DNA from: a virus
Lineage: Duplodnaviria > Caudoviricetes
IMG/VR virus record: IMGVR_UViG_3300031519_010894
Coordinates: 1-28,733 of that record
Strand: one strand, 5' to 3'
DNA length: 28,733 nt
Below are positions 16,931 through 25,179 of this stretch, piece by piece; within the stretch, counting starts at the first letter, position 1; the number at the start of each line of letters is the position of its first letter. The translations under genes and the position numbers were made by a program. Below the pieces are notes generated by a model, which was not told where the DNA came from, did not search any database, and saw only the letters and a program-made list of their open reading frames with translations.

Positions 16931-17019
16931 ATGCATCAGGCAAATTGCAGTTGGCAAATCAACATTGACTTACCAGGCCCCAGTTGGCAGAACTGCTTCT
17001 TTAACTTAGGGGATTTCTA

Positions 17020-18948
17020 ATGGTAAGCAGCATTCTTTCAGAAAAGTTTTTAGGCGGTTATTCGCAGAAGTCTCCACCCTTTGGGGGTAATGGCCTTGGG
17101 TATTTGGTCTACAAAAGAACATACGCAAGGGAGATAGAAGAACTTGGCATTAAGGAGGAATGGTGGCAGACCGTTGCGCGGTGCGTAGAGGGCGCTCAGG
17201 CAATTGGGGCGGACTACTCCCAAGCGGAAGCTGAGCGGCTTTACGATTATGTTTTTAATCTAAAAGGCTCTTTCTCGGGAAGGGCGCTTTGGCAACTCGG
17301 TACCAACATGATCGATAAGTTCGGCGGGCCATCGCTCCTCAACTGTTATTTCACAAATATCGAGGATATAAAAGACTTTGAATTTCTCATGACGCACCTC
17401 ATGTTAGGGGGCGGCGTCGGCTTTTCGGTTGAGCGGTCAAGTATACACTCATTTAAAAAAATTAAAACCGCCGTTGTTATTAATCATAAGAAAACTAATG
17501 ACGCTGATTTCATTGTCCCTGACAGCAGGCAGGGATGGGCTGCATTATTGAGCAAGGTATTAACGGCGTTCTTCGAGACAGGGGACTCCTTCTCTTACTC
17601 CACGATTCTGATTCGCGGCAAGGGCGCAACCCTCAAAACATTCGGGGGAACGGCGAGTGGGCCTGAGGTTCTCATTGAAGGCATTGATGATATTTGCGGA
17701 ATATTAGCAATGCGAGAAGGTAAGAAAATTCGGTCCATTGATGCTCTTGATATCTGCAATGTAATTGGGAAAATTGTTGTTGCTGGTTCGGCAAGACGCT
17801 CCGCGCAGATAGCGGCAGGGGACCCGGATGACTATCTGTTTTTGCGGGCTAAGCGTTGGGACAAAGGTAATATTCCTGCGTACAGAGCCAATAGCAATAA
17901 CTCAATTCTGGCAGACAGCTTTGATGAGATTATTGAAGAAGTATGGAATGGCTACATGGGGAATGGGGAACCTTACGGTCTCCTCAACCGAAAGCTAGCA
18001 CGGCAGTACGGTCGCCTCGGGGAGAAGGTGAACGATTCGAAAGTAATAGGCACAAACCCGTGCAGCGAAATTTGGTTGGAGGATGGAGAGAACTGTAATC
18101 TGTCCGAAATATTCTTGCCTAGGGTTGAATCCAGAGAAGAACTTTATGACCTGAGCAAACTTCTTTACAAGACACAGAAAGCCATTACCTCACTGCATTT
18201 CCCGTTCGCAAAGACCAGGGAGACAAGTTATCGAAACCGAAGACTTGGGCTTGGCATAACTGGGTGGCTGCAGTCTTCCAAATCACAGATTGGCTGGCTT
18301 GATGGATGCTACAAGAGCCTCAGGAAGTTCGATGAATCTTGGTCCAAGAAAAAAGGAATAAATAAATCAATCAAGCTCACGACAGTTAAGCCCTCAGGCA
18401 CGCTTAGCCTTTTGCCATTTGTTACCCCGGGGATCCACCCGGGTTATTCTAGGTACTTTATCCGGCGAGTTAGGATTGGCTCCCATGACCCGCTAGTAAA
18501 CATCTGCAGAGAACTAGGGTATCCCGTTAAGTTTGACCGAGGAATTGATGGGCGAGAGAACCCCTTGCTCTGCGTAGTAGAGTTCCCATGCGAGTATCCA
18601 GAGGGAACAGTTTTAGCAAGCAGCCTTACGGCAATTGATCAATTGGAGTGGGTGGTAAAAGCTCAAACTCTCTGGAGCGACAATGCAGTAAGCGTAACTG
18701 TTTACTACAAAAAAGAAGAACTACCCGGTATCAAAGATTGGTTAAAGGAGAACTATGGCAAGAAGGTTAAATCCGTATCCTTCTTGCTCCATGCGGACCA
18801 TGGGTTCGAGATGGCACCATATGAGCCCATATCAAAGGAGGAGTACGAGAAGCTAAAGAGCAAAATTACGCCCATAAGCAGAGTTGATGAAGTTGGCGAG
18901 GATGATTTGGGAGTAGAGTGCGATGGCGGGGCATGTCCAATCAAGTAG
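17020..18948 (+). CDS. nrdJ: Class II (adenosylcobalamin-dependent) ribonucleotide reductase
   Basis: VYKRTYAR, GRALW, LLNC, GGGVG, RRSA, NPCSE, TTVKPSGT and C-terminal CDGGAC. No beta-subunit gene is adjacent. Confidence 0.93.
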   Translation: MVSSILSEKFLGGYSQKSPPFGGNGLGYLVYKRTYAREIEELGIKEEWWQTVARCVEGAQAIGADYSQAEAERLYDYVFNLKGSFSGRALWQLGTNMIDKFGGPSLLNCYFTNIEDIKDFEFLMTHLMLGGGVGFSVERSSIHSFKKIKTAVVINHKKTNDADFIVPDSRQGWAALLSKVLTAFFETGDSFSYSTILIRGKGATLKTFGGTASGPEVLIEGIDDICGILAMREGKKIRSIDALDICNVIGKIVVAGSARRSAQIAAGDPDDYLFLRAKRWDKGNIPAYRANSNNSILADSFDEIIEEVWNGYMGNGEPYGLLNRKLARQYGRLGEKVNDSKVIGTNPCSEIWLEDGENCNLSEIFLPRVESREELYDLSKLLYKTQKAITSLHFPFAKTRETSYRNRRLGLGITGWLQSSKSQIGWLDGCYKSLRKFDESWSKKKGINKSIKLTTVKPSGTLSLLPFVTPGIHPGYSRYFIRRVRIGSHDPLVNICRELGYPVKFDRGIDGRENPLLCVVEFPCEYPEGTVLASSLTAIDQLEWVVKAQTLWSDNAVSVTVYYKKEELPGIKDWLKENYGKKVKSVSFLLHADHGFEMAPYEPISKEEYEKLKSKITPISRVDEVGEDDLGVECDGGACPIK

Positions 18949-20428
18949 CGAAATAGCGCTAATAAGAGATTTAGCATTTGCAATTAGCGAATGTGATAAG
19001 ATACTATTAATTGATGATAACAACAATGGCAAATTCTGCAACAGCATCGATACGGCAGTCGGGGACGAACTATGCTTTGCTGTCCGACCACATGCCGGTG
19101 TGGTTACTCTGGATTTTGACGAGCCTGGGGATCTCAATTTAGTCTTTGATGAAATTGTTAGTTATATTAGGGGCTTGGGGGGCAGGCCGGTCATTGTTGC
19201 TAGCGGCACTGTCGGGCATCTCCACTTGTTTTGCAGGATAGATGACGAAGAAATACAAACAGACATAAGAGACTTCCTATCATCCAAGGGTGTTTCTAGA
19301 TGGCTAAGGGTTAATACTTTCATAAGACCCCCATTGTCTCCGCATAGGGCAGGCTTACCAGTATCCCTGGTTGAGCCAGGATCTCCCCAGAGAGCATTAG
19401 CGCTCTTAGGGAAGTCTATTATAAAAAAAGATTTACCTAGTGATATGCTTATGAAAATTAAGTATGGACTATTAAATCAAAATCAATACAGCAGCGGATC
19501 GGAGCTGACGCAAGCCATAGTAAACTCGTGCTATCTAAGCGGCTATACTCTCGAGGAAATTTTCGAACTTTTATCAAGGTCTGAGAATAGAGGTGGGAAC
19601 TCGCTTAAGAAGAGGATAAAGGAGCGAGGGCATTCAAGGGCTATGGGGTGGCTGTCCTTAAGTTATGATAAGGCCAGCAGGTTTATAACTGCAAACAATT
19701 TGGAAGAGATTAGAAAATGGTCTTCTTCTATATGTGATCAGATATCCAGATTAGAAATAAATGGCAGGAGAAAGATATCGCTAATAAAAATCTTCATGGC
19801 GCACATAGACGTTGCCAGTCGGGCACGATCTTACAAGTACAACGCTAGCGTTAGGCAGTTGGCGGTTGCCTCCTCCGTTAGCTCCATTGTCACAGTGAGC
19901 AGAGCGAACAAGCAGCTTCAGGAACTCGGGATAGTGAAACGGATCACGGTGGGTCGAGAAAAGGTCGCTAGCTCTTGGGAGCTATCCTGCTCAAAAGGTG
20001 GCCTACGTGATACACTAGGTTCACCTTGTAGTACAAGCAATAACCATGAGGGGTGTGGGTATGATGTATCATCAGGGATACATTTTGATCACGATGCCTT
20101 CAGATACTCCTACGGGAGCAAGAGGGGGCTTGGGGCAGCCGCCGCTATTATTTTGGGGTGCCTGTTACAGTCAGATGGGGTCAGGGTCGCGCAGGTTTGC
20201 CGCCTAACGGGACTTTGCCGCAGCACGGTGGTCAGGGGGCTGAACCGGATGGAGGGCTTCTCCTTGGCCAAATCTGAGGGGTTCCTGTGGACAGCGGCGT
20301 CTGGGAATATCGATGCTCGCCTCGACCGAGTTGCGGAAGAGTTGGGCTTGCTAGGGGCCAGTGCCAATCAGAGCGAGAAGTATCGTGAGGAGCGTGAAAA
20401 TTACTTGGCTAGGTATTCTCTGCGATAA
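18923..20428 (+). CDS. Putative prim-pol (AEP-like) replication protein with helical and HTH domains
   Basis: TLDFD (DxD) and ASGTVGHLHLF (SG..GHxH), a helical SGSE...GYTLEEI segment, and two HTH-like segments (SVRQLA...TVSRANKQL and VAQVCRLTGLCRSTVVRGL). Confidence 0.6.
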   Translation: MAGHVQSSSEIALIRDLAFAISECDKILLIDDNNNGKFCNSIDTAVGDELCFAVRPHAGVVTLDFDEPGDLNLVFDEIVSYIRGLGGRPVIVASGTVGHLHLFCRIDDEEIQTDIRDFLSSKGVSRWLRVNTFIRPPLSPHRAGLPVSLVEPGSPQRALALLGKSIIKKDLPSDMLMKIKYGLLNQNQYSSGSELTQAIVNSCYLSGYTLEEIFELLSRSENRGGNSLKKRIKERGHSRAMGWLSLSYDKASRFITANNLEEIRKWSSSICDQISRLEINGRRKISLIKIFMAHIDVASRARSYKYNASVRQLAVASSVSSIVTVSRANKQLQELGIVKRITVGREKVASSWELSCSKGGLRDTLGSPCSTSNNHEGCGYDVSSGIHFDHDAFRYSYGSKRGLGAAAAIILGCLLQSDGVRVAQVCRLTGLCRSTVVRGLNRMEGFSLAKSEGFLWTAASGNIDARLDRVAEELGLLGASANQSEKYREERENYLARYSLR

Positions 20429-20955
20429 ATAGAAACAAACGCGCAAACTGCGTTCGCCATCGCGTTCCCCGTGGTCATCCCCGCCTTATCCAACGCGCCC
20501 CCCTTCAGGGTCTTCTTGAATACGGATAGCATCCCTTGGGTCCCATGCTTTTCAATCATTAGATCGCATAGCTTTTCGATTTTGATTCCTGCCATTCTTT
20601 CGAACTCGCTTGCGAACGGGCTTGGTTCAAATTTTGATTCCCAAAATTGAGGCCTATTATGAAGCCACTCCATTTGGTAATTAGGTGGAGCCGCGTCAGG
20701 CTGGGTGGTGTGGCAGTTGTGGCATAACAACAAATAATTGCTGGGGTGATCGGAGCCTCCCCTGCTGAATGCTTCGATGTGAGCTTTCTCCAGGGATCCC
20801 GAAACGGTCTTCCTGCATGCCCAGCAAGTAGTTGTTGCATACTTGATAGGAATATCTTTCTTCTTTAATAGCCGTGTTTGTGATATGCTTATAGAAGATG
20901 CAGAAGGAGGCTTTCGCCTTCTTTTTTTTTCTTTTTTATTAAGTGATATTATCAT
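20401..20955 (-). CDS. HNH endonuclease
   Basis: CWAC...AHIEAFSRGGSDHPSNYLLLCHNCH, a Zn-binding HNH pattern. Confidence 0.88.
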   Translation of the reverse strand: MIISLNKKEKKRRRKPPSASSISISQTRLLKKKDIPIKYATTTCWACRKTVSGSLEKAHIEAFSRGGSDHPSNYLLLCHNCHTTQPDAAPPNYQMEWLHNRPQFWESKFEPSPFASEFERMAGIKIEKLCDLMIEKHGTQGMLSVFKKTLKGGALDKAGMTTGNAMANAVCAFVSIYRREYLAK

Positions 20956-21005
20956 GGGCTAGTTTCCCCAAGGGAAATAAGCAAGTATAACGTTGGGGAT
21001 TTACT

Positions 21006-21275
21006 ATGCCTATAATTAGACTATTTATTGCAAACTTGGATTACGACACCAAAGAACTTGAAATCAGAAAATTCTTCAAGGACGTGGGACGCCCCACGGT
21101 TATTAATATAATTAAAGACAAAAAAACGGATAAGCCGAAAGGCTTTGGATTCATTACCTTAGACACGATGAATAAACCGGAGGACTGCTGGCGAAACAAG
21201 CTTCAGGGCAAGGAGCTTAATGGCAGACCAATCCATATTGATTTTGCCTTACCTAAGGTTGAAAAAAAGGATTAA
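21006..21275 (+). CDS. RRM (RNP-1) RNA-binding protein
   Basis: RNP2 LFIANL, RNP1 KGFGFITL, DKKTDKP loop and LQGKELNGRPIHID. Confidence 0.9.
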   Translation: MPIIRLFIANLDYDTKELEIRKFFKDVGRPTVINIIKDKKTDKPKGFGFITLDTMNKPEDCWRNKLQGKELNGRPIHIDFALPKVEKKD

Positions 21276-21280
21276 ATAAA

Positions 21281-21637
21281 ATGTCAAATGAAACCGATAA
21301 TGCGGGCAAGAAGGATACTAAATTCAAGCCTGGAAACAAAGCAGCAGCGGGAAGTCGATCCGGGGGCCGCCGCCCTAAGGAGATAACCGAAGCTCTTGAT
21401 GGGTATACCTTAGAGGGGATGGCCATGCTTTGGCAAGTCGCAAATGACCCGGATCATGAATGGCATAAGAAGTTTGGGTTCGATGCCCTTAAGAATTTAG
21501 TCTCACATTGTGCGCCTAGGCGTAAGGAAATTTCCGGGGGAGAGGGCGGGCCCGTAGAGATATCTTTAGCGAACATGTTCTACGGGAACTCAATCCCTGA
21601 CGAAGATACTGGTAATTCGGAAGAAAATTCTGAATAA
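21281..21637 (+). CDS. terS: Putative terminase small subunit
   Basis: N-terminal KFKPGN...GGRRPK and C-terminal EISGGEGGPVEI. Located directly upstream of TerL. Confidence 0.65.
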   Translation: MSNETDNAGKKDTKFKPGNKAAAGSRSGGRRPKEITEALDGYTLEGMAMLWQVANDPDHEWHKKFGFDALKNLVSHCAPRRKEISGGEGGPVEISLANMFYGNSIPDEDTGNSEENSE

Positions 21638-21646
21638 TCATTTTCA

Positions 21647-23086
21647 ATGAATGGAATAAACGGGGAGATCGGAGAAAGGCTGAAGCAGTACAGGACCCAC
21701 CCTGCGGCTTTTGCCAAAGACGTATTCAATGTCGAGCTAGACCCGTGGCAAATCGAAGCCATGGATGCGACCGCAAATAATCAAAAGGTAGCGATTGCGG
21801 GTTGCACTGGAGTTGGAAAAGATTTCCTAGCTGCGAACTTAATATGGTGGTTCCTATGCACCCATGATTACCCAAAAGTTATTTGCACGGCAGTAAAAAA
21901 AGAAACGTTAACGGACAACCTATGGGGTGAGATGTCCCGGCTTCAGCGGCGTTCTAAGTTAATCCAAGAGTTGTTCATGTTTGGGATGACTAAAATTGCA
22001 GCCAAGGGCGCTGAAGAGGAATGGTTCGCTGTAGCCAGAACAACCTCGAAAAAGTATTCAGCAGGAGGCGGGAATGCCCAGGCTGAGGGCTTGGCCGGTA
22101 AATATGCCGACGACACATTGGCTGTTGTTGATGAAGCCTCAGGCGTAGATGATGCGAACTTTGATGCCCTTGAGGGCAGCGCAAATACCCCCCGAAGAAA
22201 AATGCTGGTAATTGGGAACCCCCTTCGCCGAACTGGAAGGTTTGCGAAAATATTCTTAGATCAAAGGTTTGGCGACGGATGGTACAAGCAGCACGTTAGC
22301 TACTTGGATTCGTCTAGGACTTCGGGCACTCCCGAGGTTAGGGCCATTAGGGAAAGATGGATTGAGATGTATGGCAAGGATTCGGCTTATGTCCAAGCTC
22401 GAGTGTTTGGCAGGTTCCCACAGTCGAGCACTGACGACACAGTCTTTAGCCGCCAAGAAGTCCAGCTAGCCATGGATCGCGAAGTAGAAGAGGACGTTGA
22501 GCAGCCTATCTGCATAGGGATTGATGTCTCAAGATTTGGGACCGACGAAACTGTTTATATAGTACGCCGGGGTATGAAGATGCTCGACATGGTTTGCGAG
22601 TCGAAAACAGATGGGCCGCAAGTAGTAGGGCGGGCGATATCCCTAGCTGGCAAATGGGCTAAATCTTGGGAAGACCCTCAGAATGTCGTTGAGTTTCGGG
22701 TGGACGAAACCGGGCTTGGGGGCTCGGGGGTAGTTGACCCCCTCGTGGAGCAAGGGTGGATGGTCCGAGGGGTGCATAATGGTTCAAGGTCATACATGCC
22801 CGATGACTATTATAACCTTGGCTGCGAGCTTTGGATGGAGGACGGCAAGGACGTAGTGCAATCTTGTTCGATTATAGAAGACGAGATTCTTGCTAACCAA
22901 TTGGAAATTAGGCAGTATAGGTTTACAGGCAAGGCAAGACAAAGAAGACTTCTAACAAAAGATGAAATGCGGAGGAGCGGGATAGGTAGTCCCGACAGGG
23001 CCGACGCATTTATATTAGCGTTCGCAAGTTCTACAAAAATTGGCCTTGGAGAAGCCGCGCTACAAGATTCCATATCATTCTTATAA
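21647..23086 (+). CDS. terL: Terminase large subunit
   Basis: Q motif LDPWQ, Walker A GCTGVGKD, Walker B VVDEA, GNP, and RNase H-like GIDVSRFGTD, VDETG and SPDRADA. Confidence 0.95.
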   Translation: MNGINGEIGERLKQYRTHPAAFAKDVFNVELDPWQIEAMDATANNQKVAIAGCTGVGKDFLAANLIWWFLCTHDYPKVICTAVKKETLTDNLWGEMSRLQRRSKLIQELFMFGMTKIAAKGAEEEWFAVARTTSKKYSAGGGNAQAEGLAGKYADDTLAVVDEASGVDDANFDALEGSANTPRRKMLVIGNPLRRTGRFAKIFLDQRFGDGWYKQHVSYLDSSRTSGTPEVRAIRERWIEMYGKDSAYVQARVFGRFPQSSTDDTVFSRQEVQLAMDREVEEDVEQPICIGIDVSRFGTDETVYIVRRGMKMLDMVCESKTDGPQVVGRAISLAGKWAKSWEDPQNVVEFRVDETGLGGSGVVDPLVEQGWMVRGVHNGSRSYMPDDYYNLGCELWMEDGKDVVQSCSIIEDEILANQLEIRQYRFTGKARQRRLLTKDEMRRSGIGSPDRADAFILAFASSTKIGLGEAALQDSISFL

Positions 23087-23087
23087 T

Positions 23088-25115
23088 ATGTTTGAAAAAA
23101 TAAAAAAAACTTTCGGGATACAGCAAAAAGAAGAGCGGACCGATGCCGCTTTAGTCCAAGCTTTTTTGCGTGGGGACGATCTTCCTTTTCAAGGCCAAGG
23201 TACCTTTGACCACGGGGTGCAAGACCCATATAGTCAAAACATTGCAGTCTTTCGCTGTATTAATATTATCTCAAGCTCTCTTAGTAGGGTTCCTTTGCGC
23301 TTAATGCGCAGGGGGCGGGAGATTAATAACGGCAAAGTTTATAATTTGCTAAACAAGCCCAACTCGGTTCAGAATAGAATTGAGTTTATAAACATGCTCC
23401 TTACCCAGCTGCATATATCTGGGAATGCTTTCGTTTATCTTGACGGCAGAAACTCCGAAGGCGTACCTAGATCCTTAATGCTGCTTCCTCCCGAGTCGGT
23501 ATCCCCAATTAAGGGCGCTAGTATTTATGACTTAGAGGGATGGCGTTTGAAAACTGGCGCTCGCGACACGGTAGATATCGAAAGCTCTGATGTAATCCAC
23601 GTCAAGTATGCGGCAAATCCGCAAGATCCAATTATGGGGATTGGTCCCTCCTCTATCGCTAGCTTGGCGGTGGATACTGATTTTGCAGCAGCTGTTTACA
23701 ATAGAAGTGTAATGAAAAATGGGGGCCTTCCTTCTGGAATTTTATCCTATAAGGGACCAGGAAAGTTAACGGAGGAGATGAAGGAGGAGATCCGGCAGAG
23801 CTGGTATCGAACCTATGGTTCCCCAAGGGCATCCTCGCGGCTTGCGGTTACTAATTCAGATTGGACGTTCCAACCAACGGGAACAAGCCAGAAAGAAATG
23901 GAGTTCCTTGAAGCTCGCCGGTGGAATTTGATGGACATTGCACGAGCCTACAATGTTCCTGTGATGTATTTGAACGATGACTCTACTAGCGCAACCAGCG
24001 AAGCTAGCATCACCATACAGCGCAGGATGTTTTACGAAGAGAATCTAATTCCACTAGCTAGGAAGCTTCAGGAAATTATAACTTCAGAGTTTCTTGTCAA
24101 GGTTGACAATATGCTGAGTCTCGAGTTTGATTTCTCCAACATTGCAGCCCTTCAAGTTGACTACAATGAAAGAGTTAAGGCTGGGCAGGATTTGCAAAAG
24201 ATGGGGTTCAGCATAAACCAAATCAATGAAAGACTGGAACTTGGATTAAGGGAAGAACCTTGGGGGGATGAGCATTTAGTCCCCGTGAACATGGTTCCTG
24301 CCCAGGATGTAGTTGATCACGATGTGCATCTTCCTTCGGGCGAGTCTGGCGAAGACCTTGTGGATTCCCCCGCAAAATCATTGGAAGGGACCGAAACGGC
24401 GTCTCTGCGCTGGTCCGTCTTGGCAAAGGGCGCGCAGCAAATCGAGATAAAATGTACTAACAAGATGAGGCGACTCTTCTTGAAGCAGAGGGCTTCGGTC
24501 TTGAAGGCGGTGGCTAGGGCGGAGCCTGAAGATTTAGCTTCGGTAAATAAAGCGGTTAGAGAAATTGACTCATCCGCATTTGCTGAGGCGATAGTGCCTT
24601 TTCTGATATCTAGTTACAGCGAGGGCAATATTTCAGCTTTCTCCGGGGTTAAGGAAATTGAGGGCATCACCCCCGTGGAGGGGGAGCTGGTCATATCAAG
24701 CGCGACAAGATATTGCGCGGAACGCTACGATTCTCTGACGAGTCTTTGCGAAGAGGCGAAGGATTTAGTCGAGCAAGAGATTAGTTCAGGACTTTCGCTT
24801 GGAGAGTCGTTGGAGGAAGTCCAGAAAAGAGTTAGGCAAACTTACAATATTATTATTGGAAGATCGAAAATGGTTTCAAGAACAGAAGTTTTTGCAGCCA
24901 GTAATTTTGCACGATATCGCTTTTTGGAAAAAGAAGGCAGCGTAAGCAAGGTCGAGTGGCTTTCTGGTCTTTGCCGGAATCATGGACCAATAGTCGGTTC
25001 TGCCAAGGTTGGGGAAAGTTTTCAAACTGGGCTGATTCACCCAGGCGAAGGTGGGGAAAGTGAAGATCAGAATATTGGGTGTAGCTGCTTGATTGCGGCG
25101 GCCCCAGAAGCCTAG
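23088..25115 (+). CDS. HK97-family portal protein fused to a C-terminal MuF-like minor head domain
   Basis: Portal motifs AVFRCINII, LLNKPN, GNAF, GIGP, NGGLPSGIL, IARAYNVP and INQIN. The C-terminus RSKMVSRTE...KVEW...H...HPG...IGCSC is MuF-like. Confidence 0.88.
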   Translation: MFEKIKKTFGIQQKEERTDAALVQAFLRGDDLPFQGQGTFDHGVQDPYSQNIAVFRCINIISSSLSRVPLRLMRRGREINNGKVYNLLNKPNSVQNRIEFINMLLTQLHISGNAFVYLDGRNSEGVPRSLMLLPPESVSPIKGASIYDLEGWRLKTGARDTVDIESSDVIHVKYAANPQDPIMGIGPSSIASLAVDTDFAAAVYNRSVMKNGGLPSGILSYKGPGKLTEEMKEEIRQSWYRTYGSPRASSRLAVTNSDWTFQPTGTSQKEMEFLEARRWNLMDIARAYNVPVMYLNDDSTSATSEASITIQRRMFYEENLIPLARKLQEIITSEFLVKVDNMLSLEFDFSNIAALQVDYNERVKAGQDLQKMGFSINQINERLELGLREEPWGDEHLVPVNMVPAQDVVDHDVHLPSGESGEDLVDSPAKSLEGTETASLRWSVLAKGAQQIEIKCTNKMRRLFLKQRASVLKAVARAEPEDLASVNKAVREIDSSAFAEAIVPFLISSYSEGNISAFSGVKEIEGITPVEGELVISSATRYCAERYDSLTSLCEEAKDLVEQEISSGLSLGESLEEVQKRVRQTYNIIIGRSKMVSRTEVFAASNFARYRFLEKEGSVSKVEWLSGLCRNHGPIVGSAKVGESFQTGLIHPGEGGESEDQNIGCSCLIAAAPEA

Positions 25116-25179
25116 CAATTTGCTTGTTTAGCCTTTAAAATTATTGAAAAGTGAACATTGAGCCTTTGCTCAATACGAA

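Noticed and set aside
16940-17000. CAGTTGGCA repeated twice upstream of nrdJ, as a sigma54 promoter or cobalamin riboswitch
   Set aside because: The GG-N10-GC spacing is not met and the gap is too short for a cobalamin riboswitch. It could still be an operator, but nothing supports that.
23040-23087. Longer ORF-track starts (portal 23040; also 3496, 11156, 11974, 13035, 740, 3611)
   Set aside because: They overlap neighbouring genes or lack an RBS. The downstream ATGs fit the RBS or translational coupling better.
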